In this document: positions 24,649 to 33,895 of the stretch, piece after piece
How positions within the stretch are numbered: position 1 is the stretch's first letter
Layout: the number at the start of each line of letters is the position of its first letter
Source: Burkholderiales bacterium
Lineage (GTDB): Bacteria > Pseudomonadota > Gammaproteobacteria > Burkholderiales > SG8-41
DNA: 61,893 nt
Reading direction: 5' to 3'
NCBI GenBank assembly: GCA_044867805.1
Contig: JBIOVQ010000087.1
Coordinates: 1 to 61,893, forward strand
Notes under the pieces: model-generated
Told to the model about the DNA's origin: nothing
What the model saw: the letters and a program-made list of their open reading frames with translations, nothing else
The model's database searches: none
Program-made: the position numbers and the translations under genes

Positions 24649-25647
24649 ATGGTGCGAGCCGCAATCGTAGGGCTGGGCTGGTGGGGAAAGACTATCGTTG
24701 ACGCGGTGCAGGGCAAGAGCGATCAGATCACCTTCGTCGCCGCCAACACGCGCACGCGCTCCAAGGCGGAAGACTTCTGCCGCGAGCGCAAGATCGAGCT
24801 GCGCGACAGCCTGGACGACGTGCTGAAGGACCCCAAGGTCCAGGCGGTCGTTTTCACGACGCCTCACAAGCAGCACGAGGAGCACGTCAAGCGCGCTGCG
24901 CAGGCGGGCAAGCACGTCTGCATGGAAAAGCCCTTTACCCTCACCGCGGCGAGCGCCCGGTCGGCGGTCGAGGCGGTCAAGAAAGCGGGTGTCGTGCTCG
25001 CGGTGGACTTCCAGCGGCGGTTTCACCCGTCCATCGGCGAGATCCGCAAGCGCGTGCGGGACGGCAGCCTGGGCCCCATTTCCTTCTGCGTCGGCGAAGT
25101 GTCCACGCCGAGCGGGCTCGCGTTGCCCAAGGAGTCGTGGCGCGTGAACCCGGAGGAGACGCCGGCCGGCGCGATGACAGGTCTCGGCGTGCATCTGGTG
25201 GACAGCTTCATCGATCTTTGCGGCGAAGTGAACGAGGTGTATTGCATCAACGCCCGCCGCGCGGCGCCGCTGGTGGACGACACGACGGTGTTCACCATGA
25301 AGCACAAGAACGGAGTGATCTCCACGAGCTATTGCACGCTCGCCAGTGCGGCGAGCTATTGCATCGCTGTCTTCGGCAAGAATGGCATCGCCGAGACGGC
25401 CCGGCCGAGCCTCGACACGTTTCGCTTCATGCCGGTGGCCGCCGGAGGGCCCCACGCGACCGCGCAACCGGAAGTCATCGAGCACAAGGGCTTCAACCCG
25501 GTGAAGGCGGTCATGGAGGCGTTCGCGGCAGCGGTCGAGGGAAAGGCGCCATACCCCATCACCGCCGACCAGATCGTGCACGGCGTCGCGGTGTTCGAGG
25601 CGATCGTGAAGTCGGCGAAATCCGGCGCGCCGGTCAAGGTCGCCTGA
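24649..25647 (+). CDS. Gfo/Idh/MocA family oxidoreductase
   Basis: RBS GGAGGAG precedes ATG 24649. MVRAAIVGLGWWGK, TTPHKQHEEH and CMEKPF motifs. The listed start at 24433 reads through REP hairpins. Confidence 0.9.
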   Translation: MVRAAIVGLGWWGKTIVDAVQGKSDQITFVAANTRTRSKAEDFCRERKIELRDSLDDVLKDPKVQAVVFTTPHKQHEEHVKRAAQAGKHVCMEKPFTLTAASARSAVEAVKKAGVVLAVDFQRRFHPSIGEIRKRVRDGSLGPISFCVGEVSTPSGLALPKESWRVNPEETPAGAMTGLGVHLVDSFIDLCGEVNEVYCINARRAAPLVDDTTVFTMKHKNGVISTSYCTLASAASYCIAVFGKNGIAETARPSLDTFRFMPVAAGGPHATAQPEVIEHKGFNPVKAVMEAFAAAVEGKAPYPITADQIVHGVAVFEAIVKSAKSGAPVKVA

Positions 25648-25666
25648 CTGAAGGAGAAGTCTGGGG

Positions 25667-25737
25667 CGCCTTATCTGGGACGCTTCATCTGGGACGCTTG
25701 ATCTGGGACGCCTTATCTGCGACGCCCTATCTGCGAC
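25667..25737 (+). repeat. 5 x 14-nt tandem repeat (TATCTGGGACGC / TATCTGCGACGC)
   Basis: Direct reading, starting immediately 3' of the oxidoreductase stop. Confidence 0.85.
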
Positions 25738-25812
25738 CTTTCGACTTATAATTTGTTGCGGCTTCCGGGGACGATAAGAACAACTTTCTAACAGCCTGGG
25801 AGGGGTTTCCCC

Positions 25813-26274
25813 ATGAGCCACCGCTACTCCGCACGTCCCGCTTCATGCCTGGCCGCACTGGCGCTGTTCGCGGCGCTCCCACTTCCGCCCGCGCAAGGCG
25901 AGGCGCTGGTCCCCGCGCGGCTGACGCCCGAGGAGCTGAGATGGGTCACGCAACCCGACGGCAACCGGCAGACCGTCATGGCCGGCAACCAGAGGGAGCT
26001 GGGTTTGTACATGTACCGCGCGCGGTTTCCGGCGAATTATCGCAACCGGCCGCATTTTCATCCCGACCCGCGCATCGTGACGGTCATGTCGGGCACGCTG
26101 TACGTCGGCTACGGCGAGAAAATGGACGACAGCCAGATGAAGGCATTGCCCGCCGGCAGTATCTTCACCCAGCCGCCCCGGCAGCCGCACTACGTCTGGG
26201 CGAAGGACGGGGAAGTCGTGATCCAGGTCACCGGCTTCGGCCCGTCGGGCACGATCCAGATCGAACTCAAATAG
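25813..26274 (+). CDS. secreted cupin domain protein
   Basis: Signal peptide, then FPANYRNRPHFHPDPRIVTVMSGTLYVGYG and QPHYVWAKDGEVVIQV (cupin motifs 1 and 2). Confidence 0.65.
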   Translation: MSHRYSARPASCLAALALFAALPLPPAQGEALVPARLTPEELRWVTQPDGNRQTVMAGNQRELGLYMYRARFPANYRNRPHFHPDPRIVTVMSGTLYVGYGEKMDDSQMKALPAGSIFTQPPRQPHYVWAKDGEVVIQVTGFGPSGTIQIELK

Positions 26275-26440
26275 AAGCCCGGGCGAAGCGGGAAGGGGAG
26301 CGCTGACCGCGGATCAGGCGCCATCCCTCGCGCTGGTGGCGCGCCGCGGCGTGACATAGTGACTCGGACACTGCTTGCCGTTTCAGGCATTCTCTTCGAC
26401 TCATCCCGGCGCCCGTCACTCATCACCGGCACAAGCCCTG

Positions 26441-27184
26441 ATGCAGGAACTCCTGACTCTCCTGGTTTTCGCCATCGCCTTCGGCGGCCTCGCCATCATC
26501 GGGGTCGTGATCCTGCTGTCCGGTATGGTCGCGGCGGAGCGGACCTCGGCGGTTATCTGGTGCGCCGCGGCGGCCGCGTTGCTGTTCGCGGTGCAATTGG
26601 GCTGGATCGGCTTCTGGCATTCGTTCGGGGTAGGCTTCGGCGGTGAAGACGTAAAAGGCCGGACGGTCCTCCAATGGGGCGGCGCGATCGCGGTGGTGCT
26701 CGTCGGCGGGTTCCTTGCGTGGAAGCTTCCTTCTGCGGTGGAAAAGGTGGTCGAAAAGGCGCAATGGTGGCGAGACGGCGCCAGGGTCTCCGCGTTGATA
26801 GTCGTGGCGTACGTGCTCTATTTCGTCGGAGGAATACTTCTGCGGTGGGCGTATCGTCCCGGTGGGCTGCCGCCTTCGCTCACGGCCTGGATCATCACGC
26901 TGGCGGGCTTGGTGCTGGCATGGGGATTGTGGCAGCACCGCGTGTGGGCGTGGTACGCGGCGCTCGTTTGCGCGATCTACGCCGTTGCCCGTATTGCCTG
27001 GTTCGCCTGGCCCATCCTGCCGGCGGACGTGTCGTTTCTGTTCATGGCGACGCCGGCGGGCATCAGGCTGCTGCTGCTGGGGTCGCTGCTCGGCGTGCTG
27101 CTGTTCTCGAATGCCCGCAAGCTTTGCGCGGTGCAAAAGGCCGGAAATTCCGGGGCCTCGCCGCGCAGGAACGGAAAGTCCTGA
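26441..27184 (+). CDS. polytopic membrane protein, hypothetical
   Basis: ATG 26441. About 6-7 hydrophobic segments. No family recognised. Confidence 0.6.
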   Translation: MQELLTLLVFAIAFGGLAIIGVVILLSGMVAAERTSAVIWCAAAAALLFAVQLGWIGFWHSFGVGFGGEDVKGRTVLQWGGAIAVVLVGGFLAWKLPSAVEKVVEKAQWWRDGARVSALIVVAYVLYFVGGILLRWAYRPGGLPPSLTAWIITLAGLVLAWGLWQHRVWAWYAALVCAIYAVARIAWFAWPILPADVSFLFMATPAGIRLLLLGSLLGVLLFSNARKLCAVQKAGNSGASPRRNGKS

Positions 27185-27369
27185 ACCGGCGTTTCCGGAC
27201 AGGGGAGAAGAGCTGCGACGTTTGTCGTTGGAAAGCGAACCGTTGCCCCGGCCCGGGGGCATGAGGGTAATATCTCCTCGTTCCCCCTCCCGGTCCAAAA
27301 AATTATGCCCCCGATTCGACCCTGTTGAGGCAGAATGGCTCGCGTGACCTGCTATATCATGACGAGTGT

Positions 27370-27687
27370 ATGAAGAACGCCGACGAGAGAAAGAGCAGCG
27401 ACAAGAAAACGGACGAAATCACCGAGTGGCTGACCCGGAAAGGGCGCACGACGCTCGACCTCGAGGCGGCGAGGCAGCTTGCGTCCGAGGCGCCGGACCA
27501 CTGGTATGTCGCGCTCCAGGGCGCCAAGGGCTACATCGTCGGCAAGATGACGATGCAGAAATATTCGGCGCGGCACATCCTCGTGGATGAAAAGGGACAG
27601 CCGATGTTCTTCCTGACCGCGGGTGCGGCGCTGCGCTTCCTGAAGAAAGAGCTCAACATAGAGAATCCGCACGTGTTCAGCGTCTAA
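27370..27687 (+). CDS. hypothetical protein (105 aa)
   Basis: ATG 27370 (MKNADERKSS...). Locally lower GC with coding-like composition. No family recognised. Confidence 0.5.
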   Translation: MKNADERKSSDKKTDEITEWLTRKGRTTLDLEAARQLASEAPDHWYVALQGAKGYIVGKMTMQKYSARHILVDEKGQPMFFLTAGAALRFLKKELNIENPHVFSV

Positions 27688-27689
27688 CT

Positions 27690-27763
27690 AGGGTCGAGGG
27701 TCGAGGGTCGAGGGTCGAGGGTCGAGGGTCGAGGGTCGAGGGGCGAGGGGCGAGGGGCGAGAG
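27690..27763 (+). repeat. about 10 x heptamer array (GGTCGAG drifting to GGGCGAG)
   Basis: Direct reading. The reverse-complement family (CTCGACC) recurs at 6301-6333. Confidence 0.9.
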
Positions 27764-27771
27764 GCAGTCTC

Positions 27772-28023
27772 ATGAACAAGCCGGCACGCAGAAAGGCCCA
27801 CGAGCGCGTGCGTCCGATCAGGACGAAGCGCGATTTCGAAGGCGCGTCCGGCGTCGTCAAGAGATTGACGGGCCAGGCCGACCGCGATTCGACCGCCGAG
27901 ATTCGCCTGCAGGCGCTGCTGCGGGAGCTGGACAAGTTCGAAGAGCCGCAAGACGATCCGGACGACGAGCTCCCCGGGGATATCGAGTACGGCGGACCCC
28001 GCCGGCGCTGGTCGGACGACTAG
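27772..28023 (+). CDS. small acidic protein resembling only the N-terminal helical part of HigA-type antitoxins
   Basis: VRPIRTKRDFEGASGVVKRL...EIRLQALLRELDKFEE parallels the PIxTExDYxxAL...LxxLIxxYE pattern. No HTH domain follows. Confidence 0.4.
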   Translation: MNKPARRKAHERVRPIRTKRDFEGASGVVKRLTGQADRDSTAEIRLQALLRELDKFEEPQDDPDDELPGDIEYGGPRRRWSDD

Positions 28024-28179
28024 AACGCCATCTCAAACAACCCGGAAAAGCAGAATTAACCACAGATAAACACAGATGGACACGGATAACATCCCCTGCT
28101 AAACAAGGCATTGGGATTCAACATCTGTGTCTATCTGTGTTCATCTATGGTTGCGTCTTGTTTTTGGGACAGCTTCTAG
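28021..28179. mobile_element. MITE-like palindromic element, copy 2
   Basis: Aligns with 16984-17142 over its whole length, with only scattered substitutions by eye. Both copies begin with the TAG stop codon of the upstream gene. A fragment (GGAACCACCGATGAACACGGATAAACGCGATAAC) lies at about 14029-14064. Confidence 0.6.
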
Positions 28180-28186
28180 TCCTTCC

Positions 28187-29689
28187 GTGATTCGCGCGCT
28201 GCCCGCATCCTGCCTGCCGCTGCTCGCGGCCCTCGCGTGGCCGGCCTGGTCGGCCGTCGGCACCGGCAGCGGGTTCTTCATCACCGGTGACGGTCACCTC
28301 GTGACGAGCTATCACGTCGTCGCGGGCAGCACGGCGATCCGGGTCAGGCCGCAGAACGGAAAGGAACTCCCGGCCGTCGTCCAGCGAATCGATGCCGCGA
28401 ACGATCTTGCGCTGCTGAAGGTTTCCGCGACCTCGATACCCCTCGCGGTCGGCGCGTCGTCGGGGGTGCGGCGCGGAGACACGGTCTACGCCCTCGGCTT
28501 CCCGCTGGTCACGATACAGGGCTTCGAGCCCAAGGTGACGAACGGCATCATCAGCAGCCTCACCGGGCTGCTGGACGACCCGACCACTTTCCAGATCACC
28601 AACCCGCTGCAGCCGGGCAATTCCGGCGGCCCCATCGTGTCCTCCGACGGGCAGGTGGTCGGCATTGCCGCGAGCGTGCTCAGCGGGAAGCGCGTGGCGG
28701 CCCGGACCGGCGTTCTGCCGCAGAACGTGAACTACGCGATCAAGTCGAATTACCTGGTCGAGTTCCTGCGGTCGGTTCCCGGCCTGGATTTCCCGGTTTC
28801 CCGGGAGGCGGCGGTCGGGGCGCGATCCGCCGCCGACATCATCGCCGAGGCGGAGCGATCGCTGGCGCTGATCATTGTCGAGAAGCCCTCCGCCGGGTCC
28901 GCGAAGTCAGGCGGGCCCGCGCGGGCGGAGGTGGACGATTTCATCTCGATGGCGAGCGCGGTGGCGGCCTACCGGCGCGGCGACTACGAGGCCGCCGCAG
29001 CGACGTTCAGGCAGCTCGCGGAATCGGGGAACGCGCGGGCGCAATACGCGCTCGGCGCGCTGCACCGCAGCGGCCGGGGTGTTGGGCGCAGCGATGCCGA
29101 GGCCGCGAAATGGTACGAGCGCTCGGCGAAGCAGGGCTTCGCCGCCGCCCAGGCGAGCCTCGGCAGCCTCTACCTGACCGGCCGCGGAGTGCCCCAGAGC
29201 GACGCGGAAGCGGCGAAGTGGCTGGAGCTTGCGGCGGCCCAGGGCAATGCAAATGGCCAGGCGAATTTCGGCCTCCTGCACATGCAGGGGCGCGGGGTGC
29301 CAAAGGACGAAGCGCAGGCCGTGAACTGGCTTCGCCTTGCGGCGGGGCAGGGGCACGCGGGAGGGCAGGCGGGCCTGGGCATGGCGTACCGGGCGGGACG
29401 CGGTGTGGCGCAGGACGACGGCGCGGCCGTGAAGTGGCTGCGGCTGGCCGCCGAGCAGGGAAATGCCATTGGCCAGGCCAACCTGGCCGCCATGTATCGG
29501 CAGGGGCGCGGGGTGGCGAAAGACGACGCGGCCGCGCATTTCTGGTATTCGCTCGCGGCGGAGAGGTTTCCGTCCGGAAAGTTTCGAGACACGGCGGAAA
29601 AGCAGCGCGACGCGCTGGAGGCGGGCATGACCGCCGAGCAGGTCGCCGCATCCCGACATCGCGCGCGCGAGTGGAGGCCGGCGAGATGA
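28187..29689 (+). CDS. S1C trypsin-like serine protease fused to Sel1 (SLR) repeats
   Basis: GSGFFITGDGHLVTSYHVV, ANDLALLKV and GNSGGPIVSSDGQVVGI give the His/Asp/Ser triad context. At least 6 Sel1 units follow (AAKWYERSAKQGFAAAQASLGSLYLTGRGVPQSD and similar). GTG 28187 gives a signal peptide. The listed ATG 28127 lies inside a MITE-like repeat. Confidence 0.85.
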   Translation: MIRALPASCLPLLAALAWPAWSAVGTGSGFFITGDGHLVTSYHVVAGSTAIRVRPQNGKELPAVVQRIDAANDLALLKVSATSIPLAVGASSGVRRGDTVYALGFPLVTIQGFEPKVTNGIISSLTGLLDDPTTFQITNPLQPGNSGGPIVSSDGQVVGIAASVLSGKRVAARTGVLPQNVNYAIKSNYLVEFLRSVPGLDFPVSREAAVGARSAADIIAEAERSLALIIVEKPSAGSAKSGGPARAEVDDFISMASAVAAYRRGDYEAAAATFRQLAESGNARAQYALGALHRSGRGVGRSDAEAAKWYERSAKQGFAAAQASLGSLYLTGRGVPQSDAEAAKWLELAAAQGNANGQANFGLLHMQGRGVPKDEAQAVNWLRLAAGQGHAGGQAGLGMAYRAGRGVAQDDGAAVKWLRLAAEQGNAIGQANLAAMYRQGRGVAKDDAAAHFWYSLAAERFPSGKFRDTAEKQRDALEAGMTAEQVAASRHRAREWRPAR

Positions 29690-29794
29690 GCCGTTGCAGC
29701 GGGGGCGCTGCGCACCGGATCTCCTGATATCGGGGCCGGGAACGCGCGCGGGGGCCGGCAGTCATATCGCGTTGAAGGTCCCGAGCCCACCACC

Positions 29795-30412
29795 ATGAAA
29801 GGTATCCATTGGTACTCCTGCATCCTCGGACTGCCGGCTCTGCTTGCGGCGGCGGGGTGCATTCGCCCCGAGCGCGCACCAGCATCCGAGCCGCCAGGAG
29901 CAGTCGTTCCGAAAGACAAGCCGGTCGCGGCGAAAGCGCCGCAGCCTGCCGTCGCCGAACCTGCACCCACGACCGGGGTAACGGCCGCGCCGGCCGACGT
30001 TCCTCCCGCGAAGGCCCCGGCGGAAGCGCGCAAGGCTCCCGCGGAGCCGGCGCCGAAGAAAGAGACCAAGGCTCCTCCTCCACGGACGCCGGGTGCGGCG
30101 CCGCTGGACCTGGCAGCGCTGGAGAAGCGCCTGAAGGACACCGATGCGATCGGCGTTTTCACCAAGCTCACGCTCAAGAACCAGGTCGATGATCTTCTCG
30201 GGCGCTTCGAGGCGCACCATGACGGGACGAACAAGGCCAGTCTCGCCGACCTGCGGCAGCCGTTCGACCTGCTGATCATCAAGGTGCTTTCGCTCCTGCA
30301 GGACCGGGACGCCGCGCTGGCGGGGGCGATCGCCACGTCGCGGGAGGCGATGTGGGCCATCCTGTCGGATCCGGCCAGATTTCGGAGCTTTTTGAATCAG
30401 AATCGGGGTTAG
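29795..30412 (+). CDS. lipoprotein with Pro/Ala-rich linker, hypothetical
   Basis: The lipobox is in LLAAAGC. A low-complexity PA-rich region is followed by a helical C-terminal domain. Confidence 0.6.
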   Translation: MKGIHWYSCILGLPALLAAAGCIRPERAPASEPPGAVVPKDKPVAAKAPQPAVAEPAPTTGVTAAPADVPPAKAPAEARKAPAEPAPKKETKAPPPRTPGAAPLDLAALEKRLKDTDAIGVFTKLTLKNQVDDLLGRFEAHHDGTNKASLADLRQPFDLLIIKVLSLLQDRDAALAGAIATSREAMWAILSDPARFRSFLNQNRG

Positions 30413-30417
30413 GCGCT

Positions 30418-30666
30418 ATGATCAGGACCATGAGGTATCTCGCGATGGCTTGGGTGGTCGCCGCCTTGAATGCGGGAGCGGCCGGTGCGGCCGAGGGGCT
30501 TTCCAAGGACCTGACTTCCACCCTCGCACTGCTCGGACTGCCCTGCGGCCAGGTAGTCGTCGCCCAACGCGTAGCGGATGACGACTATCTGGTGACGTGC
30601 AAGGACAAGAACCGCTACCGGGTGTACGTCAACGCGAAAGGCCGGGTCGTCGCCGAGAAGCGATAG
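30418..30666 (+). CDS. small secreted protein, hypothetical
   Basis: ATG 30418 gives MIRTMRYLAMAWVVAALNAGAAGAAEG, a signal peptide. It lies 5 nt after the upstream stop. Confidence 0.5.
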   Translation: MIRTMRYLAMAWVVAALNAGAAGAAEGLSKDLTSTLALLGLPCGQVVVAQRVADDDYLVTCKDKNRYRVYVNAKGRVVAEKR

Positions 30667-30938
30667 TCCTCGCGTAGGCGGGGACCCAGACATAGGGCCC
30701 CCATCCTACCTTCCCCCAAAGCGGGGGAAGGGGATACCCGCCTTCGCGGGAATGACGATAAAGTCGTCAGTCGTCAGTCGTCACTGACAAGAGGGAGCAT
30801 GGCCGGCACGCGGAAGCATCGCGGCGACGTCGGCGAGCTGATCGGGAATTGCGTCGCATCGGTTTCCGCCAGATGCCAGTCAGGTGCGAGAATCGAAACA
30901 CGAATCACGAATCACGTAGTTGAGCTGGGAGCTTGAAC

Positions 30939-31487
30939 ATGCCGCGCATCACTCCGATCAAGTCCAGGGCCGATCTTCCCGTCGAGCACCAGCCCGTCGC
31001 CGACGCGGTGCTGAAGGTCTACGGCGACATCCGCGGGCCGTGGACCATGCTGCTGCACAGCCCGAAGCTGACGGCGAAAATGCTGCCGCTCACCCCCTTC
31101 TTCTGGCACGAGAGCATCATCGAGGGGAAGCTGCGGTCCGTCGGCATACTGGCGGCGGTGCGCGAGCGCGAGGCGGCGTATGTCTGGGCGGCCCAGGTCG
31201 GGATGGCCCGCAAGAACGGCGTGCGCGAGGAGTTCATAGACCTGCTTCGGGCAAAGGGTGACGCAAGCAAGCTGCCCGTGCCCGAGCGGGACATCGTGAA
31301 CTATGTCCGGCAGCTCGCGCGCGCCAACCGCGTCGACCAGGCTACCTTCGACGCGCTCAAGAGCCGGTTCGGCGCGCAGTGGCTGGTCGAGCTGACCGCG
31401 ACGGTCGGCTACTTCGGGCTCGTGTCCGGCATCGCCAATGCGTTCGAGGTGGCGGCGCCGGCGGATGGGGACAAGCTCGAAAAGTAA
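30939..31487 (+). CDS. carboxymuconolactone decarboxylase (AhpD-like) family protein
   Basis: IRGPWTMLLHSPKL, REREAAYVWAAQV and the helical repeat organisation are typical of CMD family proteins. Confidence 0.75.
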   Translation: MPRITPIKSRADLPVEHQPVADAVLKVYGDIRGPWTMLLHSPKLTAKMLPLTPFFWHESIIEGKLRSVGILAAVREREAAYVWAAQVGMARKNGVREEFIDLLRAKGDASKLPVPERDIVNYVRQLARANRVDQATFDALKSRFGAQWLVELTATVGYFGLVSGIANAFEVAAPADGDKLEK

Positions 31488-31672
31488 GGATGAAGGCGGA
31501 GGGATGAAGGATGACCATCGCGCATTGCGCGATACCCTGAAGTGTCCCGACCTCTCGTCACCTTCGGTCGGAAGAATGAAAACAACTGGCCGGACGCAAG
31601 TGAAAGGTCGGGGCTCCGGCTATCAAGCGTAGCTTGGGGTCATCCCTCATCCTTCATCCTTCATCCTTCGGG
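31488..31672. repeat. about 185-bp structured repeat, copy 2
   Basis: Colinear with 22570-22758, roughly four-fifths identical by eye. A GGATGAAGGCGGAGGG terminus alone recurs at 56589-56606. Confidence 0.75.
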
Positions 31673-31692
31673 ACTCACAGGGGAGGGGAGCC

Positions 31693-32238
31693 ATGTTCGA
31701 CAAGGAACGCTTCATCGAGGAATGCCTTGCCTCGCTCAGGGAAAGCAATGCGCAGAGCGCGGTGCGGGAGCTGGTGGCAAGCGCGGTAAGCGATCCCGCG
31801 CAGATATTCCGGGCACTGGGAGAGCCGAAGCTCTCGGGCGTACAGACGCTCTATCGGGCCGGGAACCTGACCATTCTCAACCTGTGCTGGGGCCCGCAGA
31901 TGGTCTTCAAGCCGCACGACCACCGGATGTGGGCCGTGATCGGCATCTATACCGGGCGCGAGCAGAATTTTTTCTTCCGGCGCGGCGAGCAGGGCCTGCA
32001 GCGGCATGGATTGAAGGAGCTGGATGCAAAGGACACGGTCCCGCTTGGCGCCGACATCATCCACGCGGTCACCAATCCGCTGGACCAGGTGACCGGCGCG
32101 ATCCACGTTTACGGCGGGGATTTCTTTGCGACGCCACGCAGCGAATGGGACCCTGCGACATTCCGGGAGCAGCCTTATGACGTGGAGCACACCATGCGGG
32201 CGTTCGAAGAGGCCAACGATCGGCTCCGCGGCAAGTAG
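31693..32238 (+). CDS. cupin-fold metalloprotein (cysteine-dioxygenase-like double-stranded beta-helix)
   Basis: KPHDHRMWAVIGIYTGREQNFFF and IHAVTNP fit the metal-binding cupin pattern. Confidence 0.6.
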   Translation: MFDKERFIEECLASLRESNAQSAVRELVASAVSDPAQIFRALGEPKLSGVQTLYRAGNLTILNLCWGPQMVFKPHDHRMWAVIGIYTGREQNFFFRRGEQGLQRHGLKELDAKDTVPLGADIIHAVTNPLDQVTGAIHVYGGDFFATPRSEWDPATFREQPYDVEHTMRAFEEANDRLRGK

Positions 32239-32244
32239 TCTTCC

Positions 32245-33339
32245 GTGATGCGGGGTCCCGCAACGCATTTCCAGCGGCACGGCACCAGCGTGGACACCGC
32301 CAGCCCGGCCGTCTGCCCGAAATGCGGCTACCGGCGCACGGCGGCCGACGCCGCGCCGGCCTGGCAGTGCCCGTCCTGCGGGATCGCCTACAACAAGTTC
32401 GCCCCGCCGGCTCCGCGGCAACCGGCCCCCGTCGAGGACTTGCGGGAGCGGACGTTGTTGCACGTGGGGCAGCGCGACAAGGCGGGCGATGCCGCGATCT
32501 GGTTTTACGTGACGCTGGTGATCGCCTTCCTGGGGTTGGTCCTTTATGTTCCATGGCTGGGCGCGATTCGATGGCTGCCGGTGCTTCTCGCCGCCAGCGC
32601 ATTTCTCTTCTGGTTGCGGGCGTATCGCCGGTTGCGGACGATCGAGGACGTCCCCACTTCCACCGTTGCGGCGGCGGCGCAGGGATACGTCGAGCTGAGG
32701 GGCGCCGCGGTCGCCGCGCCCGGCGATACTCTCCTGGGCTACCTGACGCGCCTGCCGTGCATCTGGAACCGCTATGGCTGGTACCAGGCGGGCGAGGACA
32801 AGTCCGGCGAAGTGGGCGAGCAGGGCGTGCCGTTCATCCTGCGCGATGCCACCGGCGATTGCGTGATCGATCCCGTCGAGGCCGAGGTGATCTGCGACCG
32901 CTGCCAGCGCTGGTCGTCGCACGAAGGCATCGTGTTCCAGGAGTGGAGCATCCGCGTGGGCGACCCGGTCTACGCCATCGGCTACTTTTCCTCGGGAGGA
33001 CCGGCGGCCGAGCGCCACGTCAACATGAAGGTGTCGTACGCGCTGGCGGCGCAGGAGCGCGACGCCAGGGCCTACGTCCAGCGCTACGACGTCAACAAGG
33101 ACGGCAAAGTGGACCGGCAGGAGACCGCGGCCGCGCGCGAGGCCCGGCGCAGCGACATCGTGCAGCAGCACACCCGGCAAGGCGGGGTGCATACGCTCGG
33201 TCCTTCCCCCGACGGGCGGCCTTTCCTGGTCATCGGCGCGGACCCCGGGCGCATCGCCTCGCGCTATCGCCGCCTCGCCCTGGCCCACCTCTGCGTGTTC
33301 CTTCTTGCGCTCGGCCTGGCCGCCTACTGGTGGATCTAG
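32245..33339 (+). CDS. zinc-ribbon / 2-TM / GIDE-like domain protein with EF-hand-like loop
   Basis: CPKCGYRR...CPSCG zinc ribbon, then two TM helices. RTIEDVPTSTVAAAAQGYVELRGAAV...LPCIW...PFILRDATGDCVIDPVEAEV matches the bacterial GIDE pattern. DVNKDGKVDRQE is a canonical EF-hand loop, and a C-terminal TM follows. Confidence 0.7.
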   Translation: MMRGPATHFQRHGTSVDTASPAVCPKCGYRRTAADAAPAWQCPSCGIAYNKFAPPAPRQPAPVEDLRERTLLHVGQRDKAGDAAIWFYVTLVIAFLGLVLYVPWLGAIRWLPVLLAASAFLFWLRAYRRLRTIEDVPTSTVAAAAQGYVELRGAAVAAPGDTLLGYLTRLPCIWNRYGWYQAGEDKSGEVGEQGVPFILRDATGDCVIDPVEAEVICDRCQRWSSHEGIVFQEWSIRVGDPVYAIGYFSSGGPAAERHVNMKVSYALAAQERDARAYVQRYDVNKDGKVDRQETAAAREARRSDIVQQHTRQGGVHTLGPSPDGRPFLVIGADPGRIASRYRRLALAHLCVFLLALGLAAYWWI

Positions 33340-33420
33340 GGGTGGAGAAAGGGCCGAGCCTCCTTTACACTGGTCTGAAAAGAACCGGGTTGTCCATGAC
33401 TTGATTTGGGGAGGGCTCCC

Positions 33421-33882
33421 GTGATCCACATACCGTCGAGAGGCGTTCTTGCGCTCGTTGCCGCCCTTATCGCGGGCAACGCCTGGGGAGCGCAGGCCGG
33501 GCTGGAGCCCGGCAACTGGAAGCTGAAGGTCGCGAGCACCGTCAACGGCAAGCCGGAGCCGGAGCAGAACACGCAGGATTGCCTGCGCGCCGACCAGTTG
33601 AAGGACCTCGGCGCCTATTTCGCGCCCGACCTGGAGGGCGCGAAGGCGAAATGCACCAAGACGCAGAAGCCGACCGGCGACGCAACCAAGCTGGCCTACA
33701 GGATGCGCTGCACCGGCAGCGGGTTCACCCTGGAAATGGACGCGGGCGCGTCCATCGAAAGCGCGCGCCATTTCGTCGTCGACATCCGCATGCACACCAG
33801 GACCCGCACGGAATCGGCCCTCGTCGTCGCGAAAGCGGAGGGGCGCTGGGACGGCGCGTGCAAGCCTGAATCGAAAAAGTGA
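33421..33882 (+). CDS. DUF3617 family secreted protein
   Basis: RBS GGGGAGGG precedes GTG 33421, giving a signal peptide. EPGNWKLKV...QDCLRAD...MRCTG fits the DUF3617 pattern. Confidence 0.7.
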   Translation: MIHIPSRGVLALVAALIAGNAWGAQAGLEPGNWKLKVASTVNGKPEPEQNTQDCLRADQLKDLGAYFAPDLEGAKAKCTKTQKPTGDATKLAYRMRCTGSGFTLEMDAGASIESARHFVVDIRMHTRTRTESALVVAKAEGRWDGACKPESKK

Positions 33883-33895
33883 TGTGTGATGAGTG

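Noticed and set aside
30799-30939. 46-codon ORF after a good RBS (AGAGGGAG-ATG at 30799)
   Set aside because: About a third of it reads through the CACGAAT heptamer array and the rest has no coding-like features. It is probably a fortuitous ORF in repeat DNA.
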